NCBI RefSeq assembly: GCF_000186885.1
Contig: NC_014972.1
Location: 3,420,001-3,452,000 of the forward strand
From: Desulfobulbus propionicus DSM 2032
Lineage (GTDB): Bacteria > Desulfobacterota > Desulfobulbia > Desulfobulbales > Desulfobulbaceae
DNA length: 32,000 nt
Direction: 5' to 3'
Shown: piece by piece, positions 24,008 to 32,000 of the stretch
How the letters are laid out: each line of letters starts with the position of its first letter
Position numbering within the stretch: the first letter of the stretch is position 1
Translations under genes and position numbers: made by a program
Notes under the pieces: generated by a model
What the model was told of the DNA's origin: nothing
The model's input: only the letters and a program-made list of their open reading frames with translations
Databases searched by the model: none

Positions 24008-25948
24008 ATGGCATGTACAGGCAAGCAGTTGCGCGCGCGGCGGAGACTCTCTCTGATTCCAGCCATTCTGGCCTTCTGGGTCACCCTTGGGATCTGGTCC
24101 CTCTCTGCGCCGATCTGGGCGCAATCATCCCCTGAAGCGTCCGTTCTTTCTCCTCCGACAGGTCCCGTCGCTGGAGCCAGTGAGGCGCTGAGCAAGGCGG
24201 TTCTTAAAATTGACATCGATTACACCGAATCACCGTCCGCCGCCGCCGAACGGCTGGCCAAGTCGCTGACCAGCGCGACAACGGCGGATGCAATCCGCCC
24301 CGCCGCCTATGAAGCGCTTGCCCGTTCGGGCATGGCCGTCAAGAGTGCCTCCGAAATCCTTGCCGCAACCGGCCCGCGCATCATCAAACGGTGGCTCTTG
24401 CCCGCCCAGGCCGACAACCTCGCCCTCGACTTTCTCGAACATCAGGGCTGGACGCTCGCCGATTTGACCAAGGCCGTTGCCGAACACCCGAACGGCCCCG
24501 GAGCCCAGCTGCTCACGCGTCCCGAAACCCTGGGCATGTTGCTGCGGGAATGGGCGGCCATCGCCAAGCAGTCGCCCGCCGATCCCGAAGCGTTCGCCCC
24601 CTTGCTGCTGGCACGGATTGCCCATATCAGGGGCAACGGGTCGGATTTTACCCAGGGCGCGATTATCCCCGAGCAGATCGAGCTGTCGTATCTCGAACTC
24701 ATGCTGCTCACGGCCGGAGCCTACAAGGGCTTGCCCCAGCAACACGCGCCGAGGCAGTTGTCCAGGGCTGTCTCTCTCCTGCAGTGCGCGACATCCTGGT
24801 CGACGTCACTGCTCGTGCCATCCGCCCATGCCGCTGGCGACCCCCCCTGCACCTGGGTGAAAGACAATGTCGGAAAAAACGAGGAAGCCGAGGCTGCCCA
24901 GGATTTCACCGAGGAAGGCGTCGGCTGGATGATGGACACGGCGCTGGATAAAACAGGCAAATGGCTCGATTCCTTGGGCGACGGCACCTTGGGAAAAACA
25001 CTGGGGCAGGCCGCCGGTATCTTGAAAATAACCAACCTGCTCACCTCCATGATCTCCCTCTATGGCGGATACAGCCTGACCCTGACCTGGGATCCGGTCA
25101 AGCCCCACTATCTGGGGCATGAACATGGTAACGCCGCCATGCACATCACCGCCTCGGTCAGTTCGAGACCGTTGGCCGATGACGCCACCCTGGCCTGCCT
25201 CAAGTTTCTCGGCATCGAAAAGCCGACCAGCGACTCGATGAAGGACACCACCGTCGAGTGGGTGGCGCTTTACGGAACACCCAAGCACGCCCAACCGAAA
25301 TTTCCTCCCTCCAGCCGGGAAAACGTCGGTCCCGATGGCAAGGCCGTCCTGGAACTGACGATGAGCCAGGAAACACTCGGCCAGGAAGTGAAAAAGGGCC
25401 GGATCAAGCACGATCAGGTCGTCATGCAGGCCAATCTCATCGTCTACAAATCCAACCCCGGAAAAATCATGGCCGCAACCCTGTTTGGGAACGTTGTCGG
25501 CGGCAATATCGAAGTCCTCAAGGGATGGTTCGCCAACTGGTTTCCCAAACGGGCGGTGGCGCGCGTGCCGGTCGAGTGGCACAAGCTCTCCCGCTGGCGC
25601 TGCGTGGTCGAGGTCGCGCCTGGTTTGCCCCTGCGCATCGTCTATACCAGCGGATTGGGCACCAAGAGCATCTGGACCTGGGCCTTCGAGGGCGATTCCA
25701 GGTTTTCAGGCAGCGGCTCGTTCGATCTCACCAGCGGCAGTACCCGGTTCGTGATGAACGAAACCGTGACCGACGGCGGCATGACCGGGCACGGGACAAT
25801 CCCGAAAACAGCCAGCATCGGCGGCACCGACGAGGAGCCCACCCTGATCCTGGGCATCGACGGCACGTCGAAATATTTCACGAAAGGCGGCGCCATCGCG
25901 AAAAAAGTCAAGGGACAAAGGGCCTTCAAACTTGAAGAGATAGAATGA
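24008..25948 (+). CDS. hypothetical exported protein (646 aa), no family recognised
   Basis: The ATG at 24008 yields a signal peptide: MACTGKQLRARRRLSLIPAILAFWVTLGIWSLSAPIWA|QSS. The N-terminal half is Ala/Leu-rich and the C-terminal half is Gly/Thr/Ser/Val-rich. The track ORF from 23870 would add 46 non-signal residues. The antisense ORFs 24230..24745 and 24806..25582 carry no motif. Confidence 0.65.
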   Translation: MACTGKQLRARRRLSLIPAILAFWVTLGIWSLSAPIWAQSSPEASVLSPPTGPVAGASEALSKAVLKIDIDYTESPSAAAERLAKSLTSATTADAIRPAAYEALARSGMAVKSASEILAATGPRIIKRWLLPAQADNLALDFLEHQGWTLADLTKAVAEHPNGPGAQLLTRPETLGMLLREWAAIAKQSPADPEAFAPLLLARIAHIRGNGSDFTQGAIIPEQIELSYLELMLLTAGAYKGLPQQHAPRQLSRAVSLLQCATSWSTSLLVPSAHAAGDPPCTWVKDNVGKNEEAEAAQDFTEEGVGWMMDTALDKTGKWLDSLGDGTLGKTLGQAAGILKITNLLTSMISLYGGYSLTLTWDPVKPHYLGHEHGNAAMHITASVSSRPLADDATLACLKFLGIEKPTSDSMKDTTVEWVALYGTPKHAQPKFPPSSRENVGPDGKAVLELTMSQETLGQEVKKGRIKHDQVVMQANLIVYKSNPGKIMAATLFGNVVGGNIEVLKGWFANWFPKRAVARVPVEWHKLSRWRCVVEVAPGLPLRIVYTSGLGTKSIWTWAFEGDSRFSGSGSFDLTSGSTRFVMNETVTDGGMTGHGTIPKTASIGGTDEEPTLILGIDGTSKYFTKGGAIAKKVKGQRAFKLEEIE

Positions 25949-25949
25949 G

Positions 25950-25973
25950 GACGTGGGCAGCGCCCGTCTTTTC
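25950..25973 (+). terminator. weak candidate rho-independent terminator after the exported-protein gene
   Basis: GAC-(GT bulge)-GGGC / AGC loop / GCCC-GTC (25950-25968) is followed by TTTT (25969-25972). The stem is short and bulged, so confidence is low. Confidence 0.3.
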
Positions 25974-26035
25974 CGGATACCGTCACATGGCATCCGAGTT
26001 GCAATGCATACACGCACAACCAAGGAAAGAACGTT

Positions 26036-26467
26036 ATGGGAACAATCGTCTCACTGAACATCAGCCGGGAAAAAGGCGTCAACAAGGAGCCGGTAGACAG
26101 CATTGAAGTCAAGGTCGATCACGGCATGGTCGGCGATGCCCACGCCGGCGACTGGCACCGCCAGGTCAGCCTGCTGGCCGAGGAATCGATCGATTTCATG
26201 CGCAACAAGGGGCTGGAACTGGACCCCGGCGCCTTTGCCGAGAACATCACCACCGAGGGCATCGACTTGGCCAAACTCCCCATCGGCACCCGCCTGAGCA
26301 ACGGCCAGGTGGTGCTGGAGATCACCCAGATCGGCAAGAAATGCCACCACGGCTGCGCCATCTTCAAGCAGGTGGGCGACTGCATCATGCCGCGCGAAGG
26401 CATTTTCGCCAAGGTGATCGTGCCTGGGACCCTGCATAAGGGCGACAACCTGGATGTGTTGCCGTGA
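26036..26467 (+). CDS. MOSC domain-containing protein
   Basis: The 143-aa ORF reads G.I.SLNIS.EKG......D.I.V....G..GD.HAG.WHRQVSLL..E........G..L.PG.F.EN.TT.G.DL..L..G..L......LE.TQIGK.CH. This is the small stand-alone MOSC pattern with the conserved Cys. Confidence 0.8.
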   Translation: MGTIVSLNISREKGVNKEPVDSIEVKVDHGMVGDAHAGDWHRQVSLLAEESIDFMRNKGLELDPGAFAENITTEGIDLAKLPIGTRLSNGQVVLEITQIGKKCHHGCAIFKQVGDCIMPREGIFAKVIVPGTLHKGDNLDVLP

Positions 26468-27120
26468 GCGGTAGCGCAAATTGCAAACGCTGCGGCACCT
26501 GCTGCCGTCAGGGCGGCCCGGCCCTGCACGGGCCGGATCTGAAACTGCTCCGTTCGGGAACCCTGCGCACCGAGGACCTGATTACCGTCCGCCGGGGTGA
26601 ACTGGCCTTCCAGCCTCTGGCCGACCGTCCCGAACCGGTCACTCATGAATTTCTCAAGCTAAGCGGCCAACACGGCACCTGGTGTTGCCTCTTTTATGAT
26701 GAACAGAGCCAAGGGTGCCGCTGTTACTCGCATCGGCCCTTGGCCTGCCGGCTGCTTGACTGCACCGACACCGGGCCCATCCTGGACATAGCCGGACAGG
26801 ACCTGCTGACCCGCTTTGCCTGCATCGCCGCCGACGATCCCCTGTTGCCGCTGATCCGGGAACATGAGCAACGCTGTCCCTGCCCGGACCTGCATGCCTT
26901 GGCCGGCGATTTGGCGCAAGACACGCTCGACCCCGCGCGCCTGGCCGAACTGGAAGCCACCGTGGCCCTCGATCTGGCCTTCCGCAGCCGGGTCGCCGCC
27001 GAGCTGCGCCTTTCCGTGGCGCAAGAGATGTTCTCCTTTGGCCGGCCGCTGTTTCAACTGCTGTTGCCCTTGGGGCTGCAAGCCGTCAACACCCCCGAAG
27101 GCATCCGCCTGCACCGTTAG
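26464..27120 (+). CDS. YkgJ-family cysteine-cluster protein (UPF0153, putative Zn/Fe-binding)
   Basis: The N-terminal motif is CKRCGTCCRQGGP (CxxCxxCC). A later stretch reads C.FYDE....C..Y..RP..CR...C. The GTG start overlaps the MOSC stop (GTGA at 26464-26467). Confidence 0.7.
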   Translation: MSGSANCKRCGTCCRQGGPALHGPDLKLLRSGTLRTEDLITVRRGELAFQPLADRPEPVTHEFLKLSGQHGTWCCLFYDEQSQGCRCYSHRPLACRLLDCTDTGPILDIAGQDLLTRFACIAADDPLLPLIREHEQRCPCPDLHALAGDLAQDTLDPARLAELEATVALDLAFRSRVAAELRLSVAQEMFSFGRPLFQLLLPLGLQAVNTPEGIRLHR

Positions 27121-27229
27121 ACGCAGGCGCCCGCCGCGGCCAGCATGGGGTTGACGGCCGAAGCAAAAGCATATAGAGTGCCGCACCTTTTGCCCCCCTT
27201 TTTCCCTTCTTCTCCCGAGGTACGCCGGA

Positions 27230-28093
27230 ATGAGCGCTCCCGATGTCCAGACCCTCCTTGCCCGCTTCGACCAACTGACCGACACCTACATGCGCGACGA
27301 GGTTGATCAGGCCCTGCACTGTCAGCAGGAACTGACCCCGCACCTGCTCAAGATCATCGAGACGGTGGCCGAAAACCCGCTGATTTATTGCCTGGAAGGA
27401 CACAATGCCCACGTCTACGCCGCCAGCCTGCTGTCCCATTTTTGCGAGCCGGCCGCCCATCTGCCGCTGATCCGGGCCTTTTCCATTCCCGAGGAGCAGT
27501 TGGTCGACCTGTGGGGCGACATGACCACCGAAACCCTGCCCACCCTGCTCTACCGGACCTGCAACGGCTCCATCGAGGCGATCAAAAACTTAGTGAATAA
27601 CCGAGAGGTGGATCAGTATGTGCGCTGCGCGGCCATGGAGGCACTGTCCTATGCGGTGGCCTTTCATCCCTTCCACCGCGACGAGGTGGTGCGCTTTTTC
27701 CAGGGGCTGTTCACCGGCGAGGAGGCCGCGCGCGACTCCCATTTCTGGGGCAACCTGACTGCCACCTTGTGCGACCTCCATCCTGGGGATTCGATGGCCA
27801 TCATCCGCACCGCCTTTGCCGAGGGCATCGTCCCCCCCGGATTTATCAGTCTGGAAAATGTCGAGGAGGCTAACAAGCGGAGCATGGAGGCGGCCATGGA
27901 CCATCTGCTGACCTGGGTCAAGGCGCGGATGCCGGCGGATATCCATGCCTACATCTCCTGGTTTGCCGAATTTCATCAGCAGGACCACGAACAGCCCGCA
28001 GCGAAAAAACCGGCCCCCAAAAAGGACAAGAAAAAGGGCAGCCACGATCCTCAAAAGGCCGCCAAAAAGGTGCGCAAGAAAAACAAGCGTTAG
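27230..28093 (+). CDS. DUF1186-like protein with a lysine-rich C-terminal tail
   Basis: From memory, the pattern E.TPHLLKIIE.....................H.Y.A.LL..F.E..A...LI..FS.P.E....L.GD..TE.L...L.....G....IK.L......D.YVR.AA..AL resembles DUF1186 family members. I did not verify this by search. Confidence 0.55.
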   Translation: MSAPDVQTLLARFDQLTDTYMRDEVDQALHCQQELTPHLLKIIETVAENPLIYCLEGHNAHVYAASLLSHFCEPAAHLPLIRAFSIPEEQLVDLWGDMTTETLPTLLYRTCNGSIEAIKNLVNNREVDQYVRCAAMEALSYAVAFHPFHRDEVVRFFQGLFTGEEAARDSHFWGNLTATLCDLHPGDSMAIIRTAFAEGIVPPGFISLENVEEANKRSMEAAMDHLLTWVKARMPADIHAYISWFAEFHQQDHEQPAAKKPAPKKDKKKGSHDPQKAAKKVRKKNKR

Positions 28094-28146
28094 CCCCCCT
28101 TCCCCGCACAGCTCCCCCGAGGTCGTTGGCGGCCGGCACCTCCTGG

Positions 28147-29127
28147 CTAATCGACCGGCAGCAGTCCGTCGCGGGGCTTGGCCCCCATGTCGGCAAAGCT
28201 GATGACCGTATTGCGCCCCCGGCTCTTGCTGGCGAACAGGGCGTGATCGGCCTTGCCCAGCAGATCGACCAGATCGTGAGCATCCTCGGGATAGGAGGCC
28301 ATGCCGCAACTGACCGTCAGGTGGACGGACAGCCCCTGGCCACGGAGGAACCGGCGGCCAGCGATCGCCGCCCGCATCTGTTCGGCCAGCCGCCTGCCGG
28401 CCTCCCCATCCAGGTTGGCCAGCACCACCACGAATTCATCGCCGCCATAACTGACGCCGTACCCGCCCTGGGGAAGCAAGGATTTGATGATGCCCGCCAG
28501 CTCGGCAATGGCGCGACTGCCGTTGAGATGCCCGTGGCTATCGACCACCTGCTTGAATCGGTCGATATCCATGAAGATGACGGTGAGCGACTGCTCCGGA
28601 TCGCGGTTGAAATGGGCCTGCATGTTCCGGTAGAGGTAGCGGGTGTTGAAGAGGCCGGTGAGATCGTCGAGGAAGGACAGCTCCCGGTAACGGGCCCGGC
28701 TGGCCTTCAGCGCCTGCTGGGTACGGCAGAGCGCCAGATGGGTCCTGACCCGGGCCAGCAGTTCCTCCTGGGTCGAGGGTTTGATGATATAATCCTGGGC
28801 GCCGGCGGCAAACCCGTTGACGATGTGTTCCTTGTCGTTACTGGCCGTGACGAAGATCACGGGGATGTCGGCTGTCCGTGGATTCTCCTTGATCAGCCGG
28901 CAGGCCTCAAGCCCGGAGACGCCGGGCATGTCGATGTCCAACAGGATCAGATCCGGCAGGCAGTCGGAGGCAAGGAGGGCGAGCGCCTGCTGGCCGCTGG
29001 CGGCCTGGACGACCTGATACCCGGCTCGGGCCAACATGGCGTGCAGCAGTTTGATGACCACCGGGTTGTCATCGACGATCAGAATGGAGGCATCGGTTGT
29101 TTTTTCTTTCTTTTTCATGCATTCCAT
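28147..29127 (-). CDS. response regulator with GGDEF output (PleD-like diguanylate cyclase)
   Basis: The REC domain reads ILIVDDNPVVIKLL...PDLILLDIDMPGVSG...PVIFVTA...DYIIKP. The GGDEF domain reads DDLTGLFNTRY...IFMDIDRFKQVVDSHGH..G...I......YGGDEFVVVL, with an intact GGDEF motif. I see no RxxD I-site 5 residues upstream of the motif. The start is uncertain between the ATGs at 29127, 29118 and 29187. Confidence 0.9.
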   Translation of the reverse strand: MECMKKKEKTTDASILIVDDNPVVIKLLHAMLARAGYQVVQAASGQQALALLASDCLPDLILLDIDMPGVSGLEACRLIKENPRTADIPVIFVTASNDKEHIVNGFAAGAQDYIIKPSTQEELLARVRTHLALCRTQQALKASRARYRELSFLDDLTGLFNTRYLYRNMQAHFNRDPEQSLTVIFMDIDRFKQVVDSHGHLNGSRAIAELAGIIKSLLPQGGYGVSYGGDEFVVVLANLDGEAGRRLAEQMRAAIAGRRFLRGQGLSVHLTVSCGMASYPEDAHDLVDLLGKADHALFASKSRGRNTVISFADMGAKPRDGLLPVD

Positions 29128-29323
29128 GGTGAGGAAGAACAAAAGGAAAGGGAACAAAGGCAACGAACCAAACGCGGCCCGGGTCAACGCCTGCCGGTTC
29201 GAGCCGAGCCGCGACAGCTGCCGGTGATCAGCACCTTACCGTTAGCCGGGCCGCTTTGGCCACTTTTTTGCGCGGTTCGGACAAGATTATATCCCCTCTT
29301 TTTTTCCCTCAAGGAGGCATCCC

Positions 29324-30745
29324 ATGGCTCACGATTTGACCACCCAGCTCGCCGTGCTCGGCGGCGGTCCTGGCGGATACACCGCGGCCTTTCGCGCCGC
29401 CGATCTCGGCCTTTCGGTCTGCCTGATCGAACAGGGCGGAAGACTGGGCGGGGTCTGCCTCAACGTCGGCTGCATCCCTTCCAAGACCCTGCTTCATGCG
29501 GCCTCGGTGATCGAGGAGGCACGCGACGCGGCGGCCTTCGGCGTCAGCTTCGCCCCGCCCCGCATCGACCTCGAAACCCTGCGCAGCCACAAGGCGCGAA
29601 TCGTCACCCAGCTGACCACCGGCCTCGACAGCCTGTGCGCGGCCCGGAAGATCACCCGTCTCACTGGCCACGGCGCCTTTGTCGACCCGCACACCCTGCT
29701 GGTCAGCAGCCAGGAGGGCGATGTCCGGGTGCGCTTTGACCATGCGATCATCGCCACCGGATCACGCCCGGCAACCCTGCCCGGCTGCCCCGAGGATGCG
29801 CGCATCTGGGATTCCACCGCCGCCCTGGCTCTGACCACGGTTCCCAAACGACTGCTGGTCATCGGCGCGGGCATCATCGGCCTGGAGATGGCCCAGGTGT
29901 ACAGGGCGCTCGGTGCCGAAATCACTGTGGTCGAGCCGCAGAACCAGATCATCCCCCCAGCCGACCGCGACCTGGTGCAGCCGCTGTTCCTGAAGCTGAA
30001 GAAAACGTATCGAATTTGTACCGAAACCAGGGTGGCCGGGATGACGGCCACGACAAACGGAATCGAGGTCACGCTCGCGGGCAAGACCGATGCCGCCGAG
30101 CTGTTCGACGCCGTGCTGGTGGCCGTGGGCAGGAGACCGAATACAGAAAATTTTGGCCGGGAGGCTCTGGGAATCGACCTCGATGGCCGGGGCTTCATCC
30201 CGGTCGACGACCGTCAACGGACCGCCGTGCCCCACGTGTACGCCGTGGGCGATGTGGTCGGCGACCCCATGCTGGCGCACAAGGCCGCCCATCAGGGCAA
30301 GGTAGCGGCGGAGGTCATCGCCGGCCACGCCTCGGTGTTCGCCCCACGGGCCATTCCCTCGGTGGCCTATACCTCGCCCGAAATCGCCTGGATGGGCCTG
30401 AGCGAAAAGGAGGCCGCCCAACAGGGCCTTGCCGTGGACAAGGGCAAATTCCCCTGGGGGGCCAGCGGTCGGGCGTTGAGCGCTGGGGCGGGCACCGGAG
30501 TGAGCAAGATCCTGTGCGACCCGGATAGCGGCCGCCTCCTTGGTGCCGGCATCTGCGGCCAGAACGCCGGCGAGCTGATCCATGAGGCGGTGCTGGCCCT
30601 GGAGATGGGCGCCACGGCCGAGGACATCGGCCTGACCGTTCATGCCCACCCGACCCTGGCCGAAACCCTGGCCTTTGCCGCCGAGATGGTCACCGGGTCG
30701 ATCACCGATGTGCTGCCACCGAAAAAGCCGGCCAGGACAAGATAA
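29324..30745 (+). CDS. lpdA: dihydrolipoyl dehydrogenase (E3 component)
   Basis: VLGGGPGGYTAAFRAADLG contains the FAD GxGxxG motif. The redox disulfide is GGVCLNVGCIPSK. A second dinucleotide fold is IGAGIIGLEMA. The C-terminal motif is HAHPTL.E. An AAGGAGG SD lies 6 nt upstream. No E1 or E2 genes are present in the window. Confidence 0.9.
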   Translation: MAHDLTTQLAVLGGGPGGYTAAFRAADLGLSVCLIEQGGRLGGVCLNVGCIPSKTLLHAASVIEEARDAAAFGVSFAPPRIDLETLRSHKARIVTQLTTGLDSLCAARKITRLTGHGAFVDPHTLLVSSQEGDVRVRFDHAIIATGSRPATLPGCPEDARIWDSTAALALTTVPKRLLVIGAGIIGLEMAQVYRALGAEITVVEPQNQIIPPADRDLVQPLFLKLKKTYRICTETRVAGMTATTNGIEVTLAGKTDAAELFDAVLVAVGRRPNTENFGREALGIDLDGRGFIPVDDRQRTAVPHVYAVGDVVGDPMLAHKAAHQGKVAAEVIAGHASVFAPRAIPSVAYTSPEIAWMGLSEKEAAQQGLAVDKGKFPWGASGRALSAGAGTGVSKILCDPDSGRLLGAGICGQNAGELIHEAVLALEMGATAEDIGLTVHAHPTLAETLAFAAEMVTGSITDVLPPKKPARTR

Positions 30746-30757
30746 CGGAGGCCGCGC

Positions 30758-31756
30758 ATGCATCTGACCCTTGAGAATCCGTTGGACATGCACCTGCACC
30801 TGCGCGAGCGGGAGATGCTCGCCCTGGTCGCCCCCTGTAGCGCCGCCCAGTTCGCCGGCGGCGTGATCATGCCCAACTTGGTGCAACCGGTGGACAGTCT
30901 GGAGCGATTGCGCGCCTACCGCGCCGCGATCCTCGACGCCTGCGCCGGCGAACCGTTCACCCCCTACATGACCCTGTTCTTCCGCTCTTACCACCGGGAA
31001 GAATTGCTGGCCGCCAGGGACGAGATCATCGGCCTTAAACTCTACCCGGCCGGGATCACCACCCAGAGCGAGTCCGGGGTGCGGGATTTCGACCGCATCG
31101 GCGACACCGTGGCCCTGCTGGAAGATCTGGACATCCCCCTGCTGGTGCATGGCGAGACGGATGGTTTCGTCATGGAGCGGGAACGGGAATTCTTGCGCGT
31201 GTATCAGTGGCTGGCCGAAACCTTTCCCCGACTGCGGCTGGTGATGGAGCACATCACCACCGCCGAGGCAGTCGAATTGCTCGACCGGTACGACAACGTC
31301 GGCGCCACCGTCACCCTGCACCACCTGCTGATCACCCTGGACGACGTGGTCGGCGGACTGCTGCAACCGGATCTGTTCTGCAAACCGATCGCCAAGACCC
31401 CGCGGGACCGCGAGGCCCTGCGCCAGGCTGTTCTTGCCGGTCACCCCCGGCTGATGTTCGGGTCGGATTCGGCGCCGCATCCCCGCCACAAGAAAGAATG
31501 CTGCGGCTGCGCCGCCGGAGTCTTTTCCGCGCCGGTACTCCTGCCCGCCCTGGCCCAGCTGTTCGAGGAGGCCGATTGCCTGGAGCGGTTGGCCGATTTC
31601 GTCAGCCACCATGCACGGCGATTTTACCGGCTCAGGCCGCCGCACAAACAGGTGCATCTGGTGCGTGCCCCCTGGACGGTGATGGAACAATATGAAACAC
31701 TTCGGCCGTTTCTCGCTGGTCAGACCTTGCGCTGGCGAGTGGAAAAGCGACCGTAA
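30758..31756 (+). CDS. pyrC: dihydroorotase, class II (homodimeric PyrC type)
   Basis: PLDMHLHLREREML..V.P......FAGGVIMPNL.QPV parallels E. coli PyrC (PDDWHLHLRDGDML..VVP....IYGRAIVMPNL.PPV). GLKLYPAG.TT.S..GV, PLLVHGE and FGSDSAPH are also present. Confidence 0.9.
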   Translation: MHLTLENPLDMHLHLREREMLALVAPCSAAQFAGGVIMPNLVQPVDSLERLRAYRAAILDACAGEPFTPYMTLFFRSYHREELLAARDEIIGLKLYPAGITTQSESGVRDFDRIGDTVALLEDLDIPLLVHGETDGFVMEREREFLRVYQWLAETFPRLRLVMEHITTAEAVELLDRYDNVGATVTLHHLLITLDDVVGGLLQPDLFCKPIAKTPRDREALRQAVLAGHPRLMFGSDSAPHPRHKKECCGCAAGVFSAPVLLPALAQLFEEADCLERLADFVSHHARRFYRLRPPHKQVHLVRAPWTVMEQYETLRPFLAGQTLRWRVEKRP

Positions 31757-31789
31757 ACAGTCGGTAATGATTGAAAGAACGGCATAAAG

Positions 31790-32000
31790 ATGGTATCGAA
31801 CAACCCGCGAAACACTGTTTCAGTCTATTCCACCGAACACGGACGCCTGTGCCCCGAATGCAGCCGCCCGGTCGGCGCCTGCACTTGCGCGACCCGATCC
31901 TCGACCGTTCCCCGGGGCGATGGCATCGTCCGGGTGGGCCGCCAGACCAAGGGCCGCAAGGGAAGCGGCGTCACCACGGTCAGCGGATTACCGCTCGCCC
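31790..32000 (+). CDS. SUI1/YciH-family translation initiation factor homologue (5' part; runs off the window)
   Basis: My manual translation from the ATG at 31790 gives MVSNNPRNTVSVYSTEHGRLCPECSRPVGACTCATRSSTVPRGDGIVRVGRQTKGRKGSGVTTVSGLPLA. For comparison, E. coli YciH reads LVYSTETGR.......P.GDGVVRIQRQTSGRKGKGV..ITG. The SD is weak. Confidence 0.75.
   Translation, partial: MVSNNPRNTVSVYSTEHGRLCPECSRPVGACTCATRSSTVPRGDGIVRVGRQTKGRKGSGVTTVSGLPLA

Noticed and set aside
24008-24142. A twin-arginine (Tat) signal in the exported protein, because of RARRRLSL.
   Set aside because: The residues after RR (R-L-S-L) do not fit the S/T-R-R-x-F-L-K consensus well, and the hydrophobic region is long and strongly hydrophobic. 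A Sec signal is the simpler reading, and I cannot decide without a predictor.
28126-29739. A 537-aa plus-strand ORF opposite the REC-GGDEF gene that extends into lpdA.
   Set aside because: The minus strand encodes canonical REC and GGDEF motifs, and lpdA starts with a strong SD at 29324 in another frame. This ORF has no motif.
29762-31690. A 642-aa minus-strand ORF spanning both lpdA and pyrC.
   Set aside because: It crosses the lpdA/pyrC intergenic gap and lies antisense to two genes with clear active-site motifs. It has no motif or SD of its own, so it is a shadow ORF.

Overview
This is a gene-dense, GC-rich chromosomal segment. I can support about 33 protein-coding genes, plus a few terminators and tentative promoters. 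I could not recognise any rRNA, tRNA, CRISPR array, transposase, integrase or phage gene by eye. The content is mostly housekeeping. The minus-strand block from 119 to 6875 holds an IHF-like protein, rluB, a UbiD-family decarboxylase, a YjbQ-family protein, a lipoprotein, rmuC, cbpM and cbpA. A plus-strand block follows with aroK, glgA, a hypothetical gene and gap. Next come an MTH1187-family gene, a REC-pyruvate kinase fusion, a large EF-hand membrane protein split by an in-frame TAG, a lipoprotein, an EamA transporter and ettA. After those lie a tightly coupled metX-metW-cysE-cysK cluster, an orphan 646-aa exported protein, MOSC and YkgJ-type genes, a DUF1186-like gene, a REC-GGDEF regulator, lpdA, pyrC and the start of a SUI1/YciH gene. 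The gene set looks proteobacterial (cbpA/cbpM, metXW, ettA, rmuC), but I cannot assign a taxon from the sequence. I do not see a convincing novel multi-gene system here: there are no defence-island, mobile-element or biosynthetic-cluster hallmarks. The observations most worth a second look are single-gene oddities. They are the receiver domain fused to a complete pyruvate kinase, the 755-codon EF-hand membrane protein interrupted by one in-frame amber codon, a 56-aa double-CxxCxGxG ORF that falls below the ORF-track cutoff, and the family-less exported protein. Most other long ORFs in the track are opposite-strand or out-of-frame shadows typical of GC-rich DNA. All family calls come from motif recognition by eye, with no database search.
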